Part shown: positions 1 through 9,559 of the stretch, piece by piece
How the letters are laid out: every line of letters starts with the position of its first letter
Position numbering within the stretch: the stretch's first letter is position 1
Source: a virus
Lineage: Duplodnaviria > Caudoviricetes
DNA length: 64,000 bases
Direction: 5' to 3' (one strand)
Virus record (IMG/VR): IMGVR_UViG_2681813214_000004
Span: 8,537 to 72,536 of that record
Made by a program: the position numbers and the translations under genes
The notes under the pieces: model-generated
What the model saw: the letters and a program-made list of their open reading frames with translations, nothing else
What the model was told of the DNA's origin: nothing
Databases searched by the model: none

Positions 1-501
1 CCTTCACGTGTTCTTAAAGACGCGAAGGGCATGGCTCATGTTTCGCAGCAGGATATTCGTGCTCATTTGACCCGGATTTTCGGGTTCGGGAACTGGGATA
101 TCGAAGTCTTGGACCACGAGATGGTTTTCGAGCAGCCGCACGTGAAGAACGGTGAGGCCGTTGAGGGCCGGTTCGATGTGTGTTATCGGGCACGTGTGCG
201 GCTGACGGTTCGGGGGGACCCGCATTGGACTTGCGTCCGATATGAGGATGTGTCTACTGGTGTTGCCCAGAACCAGAACCGTGCAGACGGGCATGATCTA
301 GCCGCTAAAACGGCTTTGTCTACCGCCATTAAGCGGTGCGCAATCAATCTGGGTGATCAGTTCGGTTTGTCTCTGTATAACAAGGGTCAAACGTCTGCTC
401 TGGTGAAGGCAACGATGGTGCGTCCCGAGGGCGCGGGTACCGGCGATGTTCAGGATGGTGTGCCTGAGCAGTTGGCGGATGAGGCTGTCTCGGATGGCTG
501 A
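1..501 (+). CDS. Rad52/Rad22-family single-strand annealing protein, probably 5'-truncated by the window
   Basis: HVSQQDIRAHLTRIFGFGNW...ARVRLTV...AAKTALSTAIKRCAINLGDQFGLSLY matches Rad52/22 motifs; frame is open from base 1. Confidence 0.85.
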   Translation, partial: PSRVLKDAKGMAHVSQQDIRAHLTRIFGFGNWDIEVLDHEMVFEQPHVKNGEAVEGRFDVCYRARVRLTVRGDPHWTCVRYEDVSTGVAQNQNRADGHDLAAKTALSTAIKRCAINLGDQFGLSLYNKGQTSALVKATMVRPEGAGTGDVQDGVPEQLADEAVSDG

Positions 502-691
502 ATCGATGCCCGAGGCGTATCGGGAGCTTGAAGAGTTCCGTGATAAGTATGCGGAGCTGGAGAAGGTTTATCTCGCTGTGTGCCGAGAGTTGAATCGCTA
601 TATGGGTTTGTTGGATTCCGCTGAGAAGGATGTTTTGGCGTTGATTGATGAGCGTGATTCTTTGAGCGCATTATTGATGGAGCGGGAATGA
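494..691 (+). CDS. Hypothetical coiled-coil protein
   Basis: ORF overlapping the upstream stop, heptad-like sequence. Confidence 0.6.
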   Translation: MAESMPEAYRELEEFRDKYAELEKVYLAVCRELNRYMGLLDSAEKDVLALIDERDSLSALLMERE

Positions 692-802
692 CTAATCAAT
701 CCGATATTGATACCGATAATCGTTGTGTGCGGTCTGATCTGATTGTTTCCCAGTGCGCTCATTGTCGCGGGGTTGAGTTGGATTTTGATCCTGGGGGTTT
801 GG

Positions 803-1171
803 TTGAGTGAGGATGCGCCGGAGGATTGGTCTCCGGTAGGGGTGGAAAAAGCAATCTACAAGGCGGTTCAGAGTATCGCTAAGGGCGTCGGCGTGTGTTC
901 AGACGCTCATGCCGCTTTCTTGGAAGCTGACCGGGAATTTGATAGACAATTCGCTCTCAAGTATGGCGCAGAGAATTGTGCGGCCCACGAGCGTAAATAT
1001 AAGGCGCAGCTGGAGACGATGGATGCGCGCGCTAAACGCGATGCTGCCGAGGTGGCTTATCAGTGGGCACGACAGAGGATGCGGGCGCTCGAAGCCGAAC
1101 TTGAGGCTTTGCGTTCTATTGGGGTTTCCGTGAGGCAGGCGTATCAAAACGCCGGTAGGGGAGAATACTAA
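803..1171 (+). CDS. Conserved actinophage coiled-coil protein
   Basis: TTG start chosen inside ORF 743-1171; C-terminus RMRALEAELEALRSIGVSVRQAY resembles a common actinophage family. Confidence 0.65.
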   Translation: MSEDAPEDWSPVGVEKAIYKAVQSIAKGVGVCSDAHAAFLEADREFDRQFALKYGAENCAAHERKYKAQLETMDARAKRDAAEVAYQWARQRMRALEAELEALRSIGVSVRQAYQNAGRGEY

Positions 1172-1443
1172 TGAGTGATTGCATGCCGCCACTTCGCGTA
1201 GGGGAGAAGTGGAATGTGTCTCGGACCGGCACGGGCGCCCTACGCGTTTGGCTGTCAACGCCCACGCGTCACGAAGCGGGATATTCCTATGTTCACCTCC
1301 CTGAATCGACTGTTGAGAAAGTTAGTGCTCAGATTGTTGGCGCTGCGGGCAAGATTTTTGATGAACTTAACGCAGCCCGCACGGCTTGTCGGGAACTAGG
1401 TATCAATTATTACGATGGCTGTGAATCGGATTACTACGGCTGA
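1171..1443 (+). CDS. Hypothetical protein
   Basis: TAATG coupling to upstream gene. Confidence 0.6.
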   Translation: MSDCMPPLRVGEKWNVSRTGTGALRVWLSTPTRHEAGYSYVHLPESTVEKVSAQIVGAAGKIFDELNAARTACRELGINYYDGCESDYYG

Positions 1444-1723
1444 ATTCACAGCTATAGCGGATTGCCCTAAATGTGGCGCTATAGGCGTCCACTGGCTGGT
1501 AGAACCGAGGCGAGATTCAGGCACCTGCCGTCATAGGCATTGCATTACAGCGCAGCGTCCGGTGCGCGAATTTGACGACGGTAACGTACTTATCGCCTGG
1601 GGATCGCCACGCGAGTTGAAATGTTGTGACTGTGGAACGTGGCTCTCTGGGCTGTATGACCCTGTTGATTGTGTGGTGGCGCGTGTCTGCCGGGAATGTG
1701 AGCATAGATGGCCGATGAAATAG
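1415..1723 (+). CDS. Cys-rich zinc-finger-like protein
   Basis: CPKC, CCDC and CREC motifs. Confidence 0.6.
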   Translation: MAVNRITTAEFTAIADCPKCGAIGVHWLVEPRRDSGTCRHRHCITAQRPVREFDDGNVLIAWGSPRELKCCDCGTWLSGLYDPVDCVVARVCRECEHRWPMK

Positions 1724-2055
1724 TAGACCCGCTGGACGGCTTGGACTTCGTTCCTTCGTGCGCTATCGAGTTGCAGGACGCCAATGGTGTGCGCAATTCG
1801 TGCTCGAACGCGGCGGTGTGTGTGGTGAAAATTCATCCACTAGATAATTGCACTGGCACGAATCATATCATTTCGTTGTTGGCGTGTGATTCTTGCGCGG
1901 TTCGTACCGTGGCCGAGTACACGAAGTATTGGAATCGTGAGATTGCGCCGTTTGTGGATTTGTTTGTTCGTGTTTGTAAGTCTTGTCGTGGGGTGGTGCC
2001 GACTGTGGCGACGCTGGTCAATGTTGTTCCTATCCCTAAACCGGAGGTGCCGTAA
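1708..2055 (+). CDS. Cys-rich hypothetical protein
   Basis: Several CxxC motifs; coupled in operon. Confidence 0.55.
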   Translation: MADEIVDPLDGLDFVPSCAIELQDANGVRNSCSNAAVCVVKIHPLDNCTGTNHIISLLACDSCAVRTVAEYTKYWNREIAPFVDLFVRVCKSCRGVVPTVATLVNVVPIPKPEVP

Positions 2056-2378
2056 TGAGCAAGCCAACCACGACTCGGGGCCTGAAGAGTCGAGTCAAAG
2101 AGCAGCAGCGGCGCGTTCGTGGATTGTTGATTATGTTTTGGTTAGCTTCTGTGGCCGCAATACTGTGTCTTGGTGCGGCCTCCGTCCCCGTGTTTCTCAT
2201 GGTGGTCAAGGTGGAACCATTCATCGCGACTGGTGTCTGTGGGGGCGGGTTTTCCTTTTTCCTTGCGTGTTGCTTCTATTCCCGCTGGGTTTCAGAGCTT
2301 CGCGAATTAGATACTCGCGAAGAAGAATATGATATTGCGCTTCAGGTCGAGGCCGATCGCATTCTGAATGTCGCATGA
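2055..2378 (+). CDS. Two-TM membrane protein
   Basis: Two hydrophobic segments; TAATG coupling. Confidence 0.65.
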   Translation: MSKPTTTRGLKSRVKEQQRRVRGLLIMFWLASVAAILCLGAASVPVFLMVVKVEPFIATGVCGGGFSFFLACCFYSRWVSELRELDTREEEYDIALQVEADRILNVA

Positions 2379-2698
2379 ATGAGAAGGAATGCCGCCGCAT
2401 TGTGTACGAACGCGCCGAGGGCCTGTGTGAGCGATGTACCAGAGGTTCGCAGATAACGATGCACCACCGCCTGAAACGCGGGCAAGGCGGTCCGTGGAGT
2501 CCCGAAAACATTGTCGCCGTATGCGGGTCGGGAGTTACGGGCTGTCATGGCTGGATCGAGAATCATCCGGACTTGGCCTCAACTGAGGGTTTCCATGTGC
2601 GGCCCTGGGAAGACCCTGCCGAGATTCCAGTGTTGTGGCGCGGTACCGGTCTTGTTTTGTTGACTAATGATGGGGGTTTCAAACCGTGGAATGTTTAA
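2375..2698 (+). CDS. HNH endonuclease
   Basis: CERC...HHRLKRGQGG...ENIVAVCG...CHGWIE. Confidence 0.8.
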   Translation: MNEKECRRIVYERAEGLCERCTRGSQITMHHRLKRGQGGPWSPENIVAVCGSGVTGCHGWIENHPDLASTEGFHVRPWEDPAEIPVLWRGTGLVLLTNDGGFKPWNV

Positions 2699-2731
2699 TG
2701 GTTTTAGTTGGCCTTCCTCTGAGGGCGTCTC

Positions 2732-2929
2732 GTGTTTCGTGAGCATGATGATGTGATTGTTGTGTTTGATGGCGTGGAACATGATGGTGAGGTTCTTACC
2801 GATGAGATGCGGGGTTGGGTTCGGGTCACAATGCTGATTGATCCGGAGTTGGATTACGGCTCTGGCACGGAACGGTTATCGGCGCATCAGACAGTAATGG
2901 TTAGAACTAAAGACGTGAGGTTGCGGTGA
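2732..2929 (+). CDS. Small beta-barrel-like hypothetical protein common in mycobacteriophages
   Basis: ORF with GAGG RBS; SH3-like pattern. Confidence 0.6.
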   Translation: MFREHDDVIVVFDGVEHDGEVLTDEMRGWVRVTMLIDPELDYGSGTERLSAHQTVMVRTKDVRLR

Positions 2930-3252
2930 AAGTTGTTACATGCCATTTTCCCAACCTTCCCAAAGGCTACAAGTGGGATGTTCAATACTACGTAGGTAAT
3001 TATGGCAATGCGAATCTCCGGGTGCGCATTCTCCGATGGGGCTGGTGGCAACGGCATCAAGTTTGGCGGGATTTCCAGGAAGATGTAGAGCCGTTTAATC
3101 CCTACACCCCTACGCCCGATCAGATATACGATAAGGGTGTCGAGTATGCCTTGATCTGCTGGGCTAGATTCACCAAGACGGGCGCTGGAGATGTGCGCCT
3201 CCAGGCCGCGTTGGATCTAATGAGTGACCTAAATTCGGGAACGCTACCGTGA
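2926..3252 (+). CDS. Hypothetical protein
   Basis: GTGA overlap coupling. Confidence 0.6.
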   Translation: MKVVTCHFPNLPKGYKWDVQYYVGNYGNANLRVRILRWGWWQRHQVWRDFQEDVEPFNPYTPTPDQIYDKGVEYALICWARFTKTGAGDVRLQAALDLMSDLNSGTLP

Positions 3253-3404
3253 AGTGGGGTTCACGGTATCCGGTGAGCGGCGTACATGAATGCCCATTCG
3301 GGCAGTGGCAGGCCGAACAGATAACCCTACTCGCTATGCAGAACGGCGTGAATGCTGTCGTTGTTTACGATAGCGGGAACGGTTGGGCCACCTTTAATGA
3401 GTGA
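3249..3404 (+). CDS. Small hypothetical protein (51 aa, not in ORF track)
   Basis: GTGA overlap; MKWGSRYPVSG...WATFNE fills the gap. Confidence 0.45.
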   Translation: MKWGSRYPVSGVHECPFGQWQAEQITLLAMQNGVNAVVVYDSGNGWATFNE

Positions 3405-4071
3405 TTATGGCCGAATTTATCGGGAACTTTGGAGACCCGACAAGAAAGCCAGGCGAGCCGGTAACGCCGCGATGGGGTTATGGACGCTTGGAATCTCATG
3501 GTGTAAAGATCACCGATCCGCTGGCCGAATCACCCGAGCCGCCGCGCTAGAGCTGGGCAGCGAAGCCGAAATAGAGGCCCTTGTCCGGGAGCGTTTGTGG
3601 CGTACAACTTCGGATGGGTACCTGTATAACGACTGGTCGGACTGGAACGCGGACGTTGAACCGGACACGATAGGCGGGGGCCTGGTCCGCAAGGCCATAC
3701 CGGAGTCTCAACCTAAAGCGGTGCGGGTGCAGCTGTCGCGTATCGCGGGCCAGCTAATCACGGACGGCTCCGATCCGGAGCATGTGGAAACCGGTTTACG
3801 TTTGTGGCTGGACAACACGTATCCGCCAACCAGCCTGCCACAGTTTGTGTCCCAGGCAGCCCGTATGGCCGAGTCGAATAAGTCGAAGCTGAATGCTTTG
3901 CGGGAAGCCTGGGTGGACGGCAAAACGGCGCGGCTGTCTGAGTTCGGCCTGATTTTCACTCCTTCTGCGGCACCTGAGGGGTTGTCGGATATGGCGTTGC
4001 GTGCTCACCGTCTCGCGGAGAAGCGTGCATGGATCGAGGGGCTGGTTAAAGAGATTGAAGTACATAGATGA
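3397..4071 (+). CDS. Putative replication initiator / helicase-loader region protein
   Basis: N-terminus (AMGLWTLGISWC...LW...DGYLYNDW) resembles phage replisome-organiser proteins; lies upstream of DnaB. Confidence 0.55.
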   Translation: MSDYGRIYRELWRPDKKARRAGNAAMGLWTLGISWCKDHRSAGRITRAAALELGSEAEIEALVRERLWRTTSDGYLYNDWSDWNADVEPDTIGGGLVRKAIPESQPKAVRVQLSRIAGQLITDGSDPEHVETGLRLWLDNTYPPTSLPQFVSQAARMAESNKSKLNALREAWVDGKTARLSEFGLIFTPSAAPEGLSDMALRAHRLAEKRAWIEGLVKEIEVHR

Positions 4072-4270
4072 CGGCGCTGGCCGTCCCACTCTGGAGCTGA
4101 CTGAGCGGAACTTGTTGACCCTGTTGGCGAAACTGGCCGATCCCGAGAGTGGTCGCCGCCTGATTTCGCCCTGCAACCGCATTCAGGTCCGGGCTGTTCC
4201 GAATGAGGAGCATTACAAGGATCGTGAGCCGGGTGTGGTGTACATGCCGACCTCGGGTGAGTATTGGTGA
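4055..4270 (+). CDS. Hypothetical protein
   Basis: TTG start within ORF 4001-4270. Confidence 0.55.
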   Translation: MKYIDDGAGRPTLELTERNLLTLLAKLADPESGRRLISPCNRIQVRAVPNEEHYKDREPGVVYMPTSGEYW

Positions 4271-5538
4271 CGGAGGACTTCGGCCCGCAGCCGCCGAATG
4301 ACGAAGCCGCCGAACAGTCGGTGCTGGGAGCGATGCTTCTCTCTGAGAAGGTGATCCCCGACATTGTTTCGAAGTTGAACGGGGAGGACTTCTACCGCCC
4401 CAATCATCAACGAATATTTGAGGCGATTGTCGAATTGTGGGCCGGGAGCGAGCCCGTCGATCCGACGACTGTGGCGCATAAGCTTGATGCGAGGGGGCTA
4501 CTGAGTCGGGTGGGCGGCGGGCCGTATCTGCACACTCTGTATTCCATGGTGCCGACTGCCGCGAATGGCGCATATTACGCCGGGATTGTGGTGGGTAAGG
4601 CCCGTCTTCGCAGGGTTATGGAGCTGGGTATCCGGCTTCAGCAGACGGCGATGACCCCAGCCTCCGGCTCCAATGATGTCGATGAGCTTTTGGCACAGGC
4701 TGGGGTGTTTTTCAGGGAGTTGGATCAGCCCGCCGAGGGCGGCATGTGGTTCTCGCAGATGATCGAAGATTGGCGCGCGGAGGAGAACATTCCACCCATC
4801 CCCACACCATGGGATGGGCTGAATGACCGCCTAAACGGGGGCCTGAGGCGCGGCGGACTGTATTCGATATGCGGACGCCCCGGAAGGGGCAAGACGGCAG
4901 TAGCGCTGAACCTGGCGGCATTCTTAGCCGAGCGCGATTACAGGGTGGGTGTGGTCTCGCTGGAGATGTCCAAGTCCGAGCTGACTCGTCGGATGCTTGC
5001 GTGCGGAGCGGGCGTCCAATTTTCGAGACTATTGCGGGACCGGCTGGATTTAGAGGACGAACGGCGGATACAGGAGTACATCGATTCGAACGGGTCGATG
5101 CCATTCTTCTGTGAGGATCAGCCCGCCCAAACTGTGGAGCAAGTCATCGCCACCTTGAGGGCGAATGGCCCGTTTGATCTGATGGTGGTTGATTATTTGC
5201 AGCTCATCCGTGGGACGGATATGAAAGCGGCAAAGCATTCACAGATCGCCCATATTTCGGAGTCATTAAAAATCGCTGCACGGGAGATGAATGCGGTGAT
5301 GGTTGCCCCCACTCAGTTGAATCGCAATGGGGTCGGTAAGGACGGCAAGGAACGCGCCCCGGTAATGAGTGATATTGGTGAGGGGGGCTCTATTGAGCGG
5401 GACTGTGACGGAGTGTTCCTTCTTCATCAGGAAGAGGGCGAGGACGATGAAGTGAACATGATTCTAGGCAAGGTTAGATCGGGGAGTGTAGGGAATGTCC
5501 GTTTGCGTTTCGATAAGCATTATCAGCGAGTGACGTGA
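4264..5538 (+). CDS. dnaB: DnaB-like replicative helicase
   Basis: N-terminal AEQSVLGAML/FYRPNHQRIF; Walker A GRPGRGKT; Walker B VVDYLQLI; QLNR motif. Confidence 0.95.
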   Translation: MVTEDFGPQPPNDEAAEQSVLGAMLLSEKVIPDIVSKLNGEDFYRPNHQRIFEAIVELWAGSEPVDPTTVAHKLDARGLLSRVGGGPYLHTLYSMVPTAANGAYYAGIVVGKARLRRVMELGIRLQQTAMTPASGSNDVDELLAQAGVFFRELDQPAEGGMWFSQMIEDWRAEENIPPIPTPWDGLNDRLNGGLRRGGLYSICGRPGRGKTAVALNLAAFLAERDYRVGVVSLEMSKSELTRRMLACGAGVQFSRLLRDRLDLEDERRIQEYIDSNGSMPFFCEDQPAQTVEQVIATLRANGPFDLMVVDYLQLIRGTDMKAAKHSQIAHISESLKIAAREMNAVMVAPTQLNRNGVGKDGKERAPVMSDIGEGGSIERDCDGVFLLHQEEGEDDEVNMILGKVRSGSVGNVRLRFDKHYQRVT

Positions 5539-5810
5539 GCGACGACTACACAGATGAACGCACTTATAGCCGTCTTATGCAGAATGCGCCGGAGCACTGG
5601 TCTGAGCGGGCTTCATGTAAGGGTGACGCCCGGTTCATTCAGCCTCTTCGACTGCTTGTCGTTAGTGATCTGAAGGATATGCAGCGTACTTGTTTGGGGT
5701 GTGAAGAGTTTGAAGCCTGTTTCGATTGGGCTAAATATTACGGCGACGAGGTATTCGCTGCCGGAGAATTCTGGGAGAGATCATGGCCGGAATCGGGTTT
5801 GCGTCGGTAG
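5535..5810 (+). CDS. WhiB-like protein (degenerate)
   Basis: WSERASC...CLGC...C four-Cys spacing; the G-V-W-G-G motif is altered. Confidence 0.6.
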   Translation: MSDDYTDERTYSRLMQNAPEHWSERASCKGDARFIQPLRLLVVSDLKDMQRTCLGCEEFEACFDWAKYYGDEVFAAGEFWERSWPESGLRR

Positions 5811-6082
5811 ATACTGATGTTTCGAGTTTGGTGAATGCGGCGTTCGATGAATTGGAATGCCCGATGGACGATGAGTACGGGCACAGTGGCGATCGAACGG
5901 CTTTCGTCACAGTCCACGGATGCGTCGAAGGTTATGTGTGCAGAAACCACTTTGATCGATTGACCGGCCCCTTCCCTGAAAATTTTAGGGAAATGCTGAT
6001 GGTCTGTGGACATGTGTCGTGCGGTGTGTGTGGAGGTCGCTTCACCTCCATTGATCAGTGGATGAAGGTGTATCCGCTGTGA
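5783..6082 (+). CDS. Cys/His-rich hypothetical protein
   Basis: GGAGAG RBS; CGVC motif. Confidence 0.55.
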   Translation: MAGIGFASVDTDVSSLVNAAFDELECPMDDEYGHSGDRTAFVTVHGCVEGYVCRNHFDRLTGPFPENFREMLMVCGHVSCGVCGGRFTSIDQWMKVYPL

Positions 6083-6209
6083 GTAACCGCTATAAGGATG
6101 TCGAGTTGGAGCGGTACAACGACTACGACCGCGATTGCATCGTCTATTGGTCACCCTTTGAGGGTGTGTTTGTGCGGGATTTTCGGTATTGGGAGTCTGA
6201 GGTGATCGA

Positions 6210-6494
6210 ATGAGAAAGGTTCTAGCCGCCACAGCTTGCGTGGCGCTATTGGCTGGCTGCACACCTCCACTGGAGTACGGCGACATTGAAGGCAAGGATT
6301 ATTACGCCGCCTACGATTCAATGGTCCCGATCGTGACATGCGCCGGTAACCCGATCATCTGTACGACGAATTTCATTTTCACCCATGAGGATGAGCGTTG
6401 GGTTCTGCATTTACGGCAGGGACCTAAAACCGGCGACCGGAATGTCACCTGAGAAGAATACGACCGCTACAAGGTGGGGGACAGGTATCCGTGA
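6210..6494 (+). pseudogene. Lipoprotein gene interrupted by an in-frame TGA at 6450-6452
   Basis: Lipobox LAGC; the frame continues EEYDRYKVGDRYP to TGA 6492-6494, which forms a GTGA overlap with the next gene. Confidence 0.6.
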
Positions 6495-6697
6495 TGTTTG
6501 TGGCGTGCAGTTCCCGCCACCATCATTGTTCACCCGCCCATTCACGCCTAGTCAATGACTATCGGCTGGAACGGGAACGCCAAGAGACGGCTTTAGAGTC
6601 GGTCACTGGCGGCTATCCGGGCGATTACAGGTTTTGGCGGGCTACAGGCGGGCATCTGATCGATTTCCGTGAATGGCTTGTACACAACAAAAGGTAG
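6491..6697 (+). CDS. Conserved mycobacteriophage hypothetical protein
   Basis: CSSRHHHCSPAHSRLVNDYRLERERQE motif. Confidence 0.6.
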   Translation: MMFVACSSRHHHCSPAHSRLVNDYRLERERQETALESVTGGYPGDYRFWRATGGHLIDFREWLVHNKR

Positions 6698-6705
6698 ATA
6701 GATTT

Positions 6706-6906
6706 ATGGATACTTTCGATACTTGGGAAGATGTTCCCCGTGGTGTGATTGTGCTAGATAAAAGCCCCTTTCCAATGTACTTCTTAAAGTTGGATAATGG
6801 CGAGTTCGCGTACAACTCTGCCGAGAATGACATCACGAATGGTTGGTGCAGCTTCAAGGTGGGGTTCCTCCCAGGCTTGGGTCCTTTTGAGCGGGTTGCG
6901 CTGTGA
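6706..6906 (+). CDS. Hypothetical protein
   Basis: ORF coupled to the Pnkp gene. Confidence 0.55.
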   Translation: MDTFDTWEDVPRGVIVLDKSPFPMYFLKLDNGEFAYNSAENDITNGWCSFKVGFLPGLGPFERVAL

Positions 6907-7820
6907 CAGCCCTCATCTGTATGCGCGGCTACGTGGCGTCGGGGAAGTCCACGCGCGCCCGTGAAATCGCTAAGGAAACCGGTGCAGTCGTAGTGAATCG
7001 GGATCTTCTACGTCTCCAGCTTCTCGGCTCCTACTGGACTGGTGATCCGGATGATGAGTCTCGGGTGTCTGTGGCCGAGGAAGCTCAGGTGTTGGCGTTG
7101 ATGAATGCCGGGGTACCTGTGGTTGTGGATGCAACTCACCTGGTGGCGTCGTATCTGCGGAAGTGGGCTCGGATGGCCACCCGCTACGGCTGGGAGTTCC
7201 ACGTTGAGGATGTGCCGACTCCGATGGATGTGTGTCTGGAGCGGCTAAGACGCCGCAACCGGGAATCGGATCGCATCATTGAAGCATCGGTTTTGTTCAA
7301 TCAGGCTAAAAGGTTCCCGATTAATCGTTGGCCTGTGATAACGAAGCGTGAGTTCAATCCGATACCGGTGGGCCGTCAGATATGCCTTCCGAGGGCGATA
7401 ATTGTCGATATAGACGGCACGCTTGCAGAAAAAAGCGACCGCAGCCCATATGACTACTCTCGGGTCTATGAAGATGGCCTGTATCAGGATATTGCGTTCC
7501 TGATAGATAGGCTGACCGACAACACCAGTTACTACACGCTAATTGTGTCTGGCCGCGACGATACGTGCCGTGATGAAACGATGGAATGGCTAGTTAGTCA
7601 CGGGATCTACTACGACGAACTCCTTATGCGCGAGACCGAAGTAGATATCGATGAGTTCGGGGGGAAGCTTCCCGATTTTGAAGTGAAGTATCGCTTATTC
7701 GATGAGTACATTCGGGACAAATGGTGTGTCGACTTTGTGATTGATGATCGCCGTCAGGTTATCGATATGTGGCGCGGTATCGGGCTGCGCGTACTCGATG
7801 TAGCAGGAAACGACTTTTGA
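6903..7820 (+). CDS. Polynucleotide 5'-kinase/3'-phosphatase (T4 Pnkp-like)
   Basis: P-loop GYVASGKST with NRD motif; C-terminal HAD phosphatase DIDGT, SGR and DDR motifs. Confidence 0.92.
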   Translation: MTALICMRGYVASGKSTRAREIAKETGAVVVNRDLLRLQLLGSYWTGDPDDESRVSVAEEAQVLALMNAGVPVVVDATHLVASYLRKWARMATRYGWEFHVEDVPTPMDVCLERLRRRNRESDRIIEASVLFNQAKRFPINRWPVITKREFNPIPVGRQICLPRAIIVDIDGTLAEKSDRSPYDYSRVYEDGLYQDIAFLIDRLTDNTSYYTLIVSGRDDTCRDETMEWLVSHGIYYDELLMRETEVDIDEFGGKLPDFEVKYRLFDEYIRDKWCVDFVIDDRRQVIDMWRGIGLRVLDVAGNDF

Positions 7821-8119
7821 TGGATAGTTTACCTAAACCACCGGCTGGATACCGTTGGAAAATCAAGCCCGTCGGCTGGGGGACAAGAAACTTTTACTTG
7901 ATAAAGCTCACGCGATTTGGTGTCACACGTGACAGTGAAAACTTCCTTGGTGAAGACATTATTTGGGGGCAGTGGGTGGCTTCAGAAGAGTGTTTTCGCA
8001 AGAATGCTGCCAGAGCGGCTACAAAGATACTTAATCGTTATGGCAAATCGTTTGATGGCAAATCGTTTGATTATCTATGCGCAGAAATGATAGATGAGCA
8101 GCGCAAGGGGGAGCTTTAG
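7820..8119 (+). CDS. Hypothetical protein
   Basis: TGATG coupling; contains a 15-bp tandem duplication (GKSFD x2). Confidence 0.55.
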   Translation: MDSLPKPPAGYRWKIKPVGWGTRNFYLIKLTRFGVTRDSENFLGEDIIWGQWVASEECFRKNAARAATKILNRYGKSFDGKSFDYLCAEMIDEQRKGEL

Positions 8120-8323
8120 ATGCCTAAGAGTTTGAAAGATAAACACCGTGACCGTCCTTGGTTCGACCGTGAAGGCGATCTATGGTTTTGGGATGACGAC
8201 AAAGATAAGTGGCATGTCTGCTACTACTCTGTGTTAACCAACCTGTGGCGCGGCACTGTCCATTCAGGAATCCCTGAGCGTGGCTTCGGCCCATACCGTC
8301 TAGCTGTTCCCAAGGTTGACTGA
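8120..8323 (+). CDS. Hypothetical protein
   Basis: Trp-rich small ORF in operon. Confidence 0.55.
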   Translation: MPKSLKDKHRDRPWFDREGDLWFWDDDKDKWHVCYYSVLTNLWRGTVHSGIPERGFGPYRLAVPKVD

Positions 8324-8687
8324 GTATGTAATCACCGTCCCCTGGCCACGGCCACCGATGCTTACGAACGAGTATCGGAACGCCCACCACTACAAACAGG
8401 CTAAAGCGAAGAAGGAAGTCGCTGAAGCTGTGTCTTGGCTGGTGAAACAACAGCGCATACCGGCGCTTGGACCGTCAAAGGTTGAAGTCTGCTGGTTTGT
8501 TCCAGATAAAAGGCGTAGAGACAATGATTCTCTTGCCGCCTTCTTTAAGGCTAGTTGTGATGCGATGGTGGATTGCGGTGTTTTTCCCGACGACTCGTAT
8601 ACGTACATAACTTACAGCGGCATGTGGATTGACGCTACCCAAGTTAAGAAACCCCGTCTAGAGATCAGGATTACCCCAGATGATTGA
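8316..8687 (+). CDS. rusA: RusA-like Holliday junction resolvase
   Basis: PDKRRRDNDSL...KASCDAMVDCGVFPDD and terminal RLEIRI. Confidence 0.88.
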   Translation: MTEYVITVPWPRPPMLTNEYRNAHHYKQAKAKKEVAEAVSWLVKQQRIPALGPSKVEVCWFVPDKRRRDNDSLAAFFKASCDAMVDCGVFPDDSYTYITYSGMWIDATQVKKPRLEIRITPDD

Positions 8688-9099
8688 TTTTGAGCCGCCG
8701 CCTTTCCGTGACGGTATTTGCCGAGAGACTGATCCTGATCTGTTTCACCAAATAGATAGGGGTGGTGTTGAGGCGGCGAAACGGGTGTGCCGTGGATGCC
8801 CCCGGATGTTGGAGTGCCGGGACTGGATTTTGGACTTGGAGGCCCGTTTAGGTGAACGCCAGTCGGGAGTTTGGGGCGGTTTAGCTGCCAGGGCTAGGCC
8901 TAAGCCTAAGAAAGTGTTTTGCGGTTCGGGTCTTCATCGTATTGATGAGTCTTGGGATTTCGAGAATGGTCGGTGCTCGGCTTGCCGATCTGAGGCGCAG
9001 CGCCGTTTGGATGCCGAGAAGATTGCGGCCCGCAGGTCTGCCCGGTTGGCGGATTCGTATTCGTGGATGGATGAGGTAGACGCACCATGGGCAAGCTGA
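8680..9099 (+). CDS. whiB: WhiB family transcription factor
   Basis: C...DPDLF...AKRVCRGCP...C...GVWGG; extra C-terminal Cys/His cluster. Confidence 0.9.
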   Translation: MIDFEPPPFRDGICRETDPDLFHQIDRGGVEAAKRVCRGCPRMLECRDWILDLEARLGERQSGVWGGLAARARPKPKKVFCGSGLHRIDESWDFENGRCSACRSEAQRRLDAEKIAARRSARLADSYSWMDEVDAPWAS

Positions 9100-9100
9100 A

Positions 9101-9559
9101 ATGACCACTCCGCAGCATACCCGGAATCTCCGGGAATGGATGTTCCAAGCACACGCCATAGACACCGGGGACGGAATGAAAACGCTCTGTGGTGAGTGTG
9201 GTGTTGAGTTGTCGATGGAAACTATGTCTATCGGGCATTGGCCTGTCCCGGACTATTTGGGTGGTACTCGTACTCGTAATAATGTGCGCCCGGAGTGTTT
9301 CGCCTGCAATAACGGCGAGGGTGGGGATATGTCGAAACTTCCTGCGAAGTTGGTGTGGGAGATTGTTTATGAGCGGGCTACGGGGTTTGTGTATGTGCGT
9401 AAGATGCGTGCACTTGGGTTGACGCCTATTCGTGTGTCTCCGAATTTCGGGAAGGTGTATCGGAAGGCGAAGCTTCAGGGTAGGCCGTGGACTGGTTTGC
9501 CGCGTAATTATCCGTGGCAGGCCCGTATTTGGCGTAATCCGGAATTGAAGGTGTCGTGA
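9101..9559 (+). CDS. HNH endonuclease-like protein
   Basis: CGEC...GHWPVP...GG...NNVRPECFACN. Confidence 0.7.
   Translation: MTTPQHTRNLREWMFQAHAIDTGDGMKTLCGECGVELSMETMSIGHWPVPDYLGGTRTRNNVRPECFACNNGEGGDMSKLPAKLVWEIVYERATGFVYVRKMRALGLTPIRVSPNFGKVYRKAKLQGRPWTGLPRNYPWQARIWRNPELKVS

Noticed and set aside
6450-6452. Genome-wide UGA reassignment
   Set aside because: Only one in-frame TGA was found, TGA terminates many genes normally, and no suppressor tRNA is present
8040-8071. 15-bp tandem duplication (GKSFD x2)
   Set aside because: In-frame slippage duplication with no evidence of function
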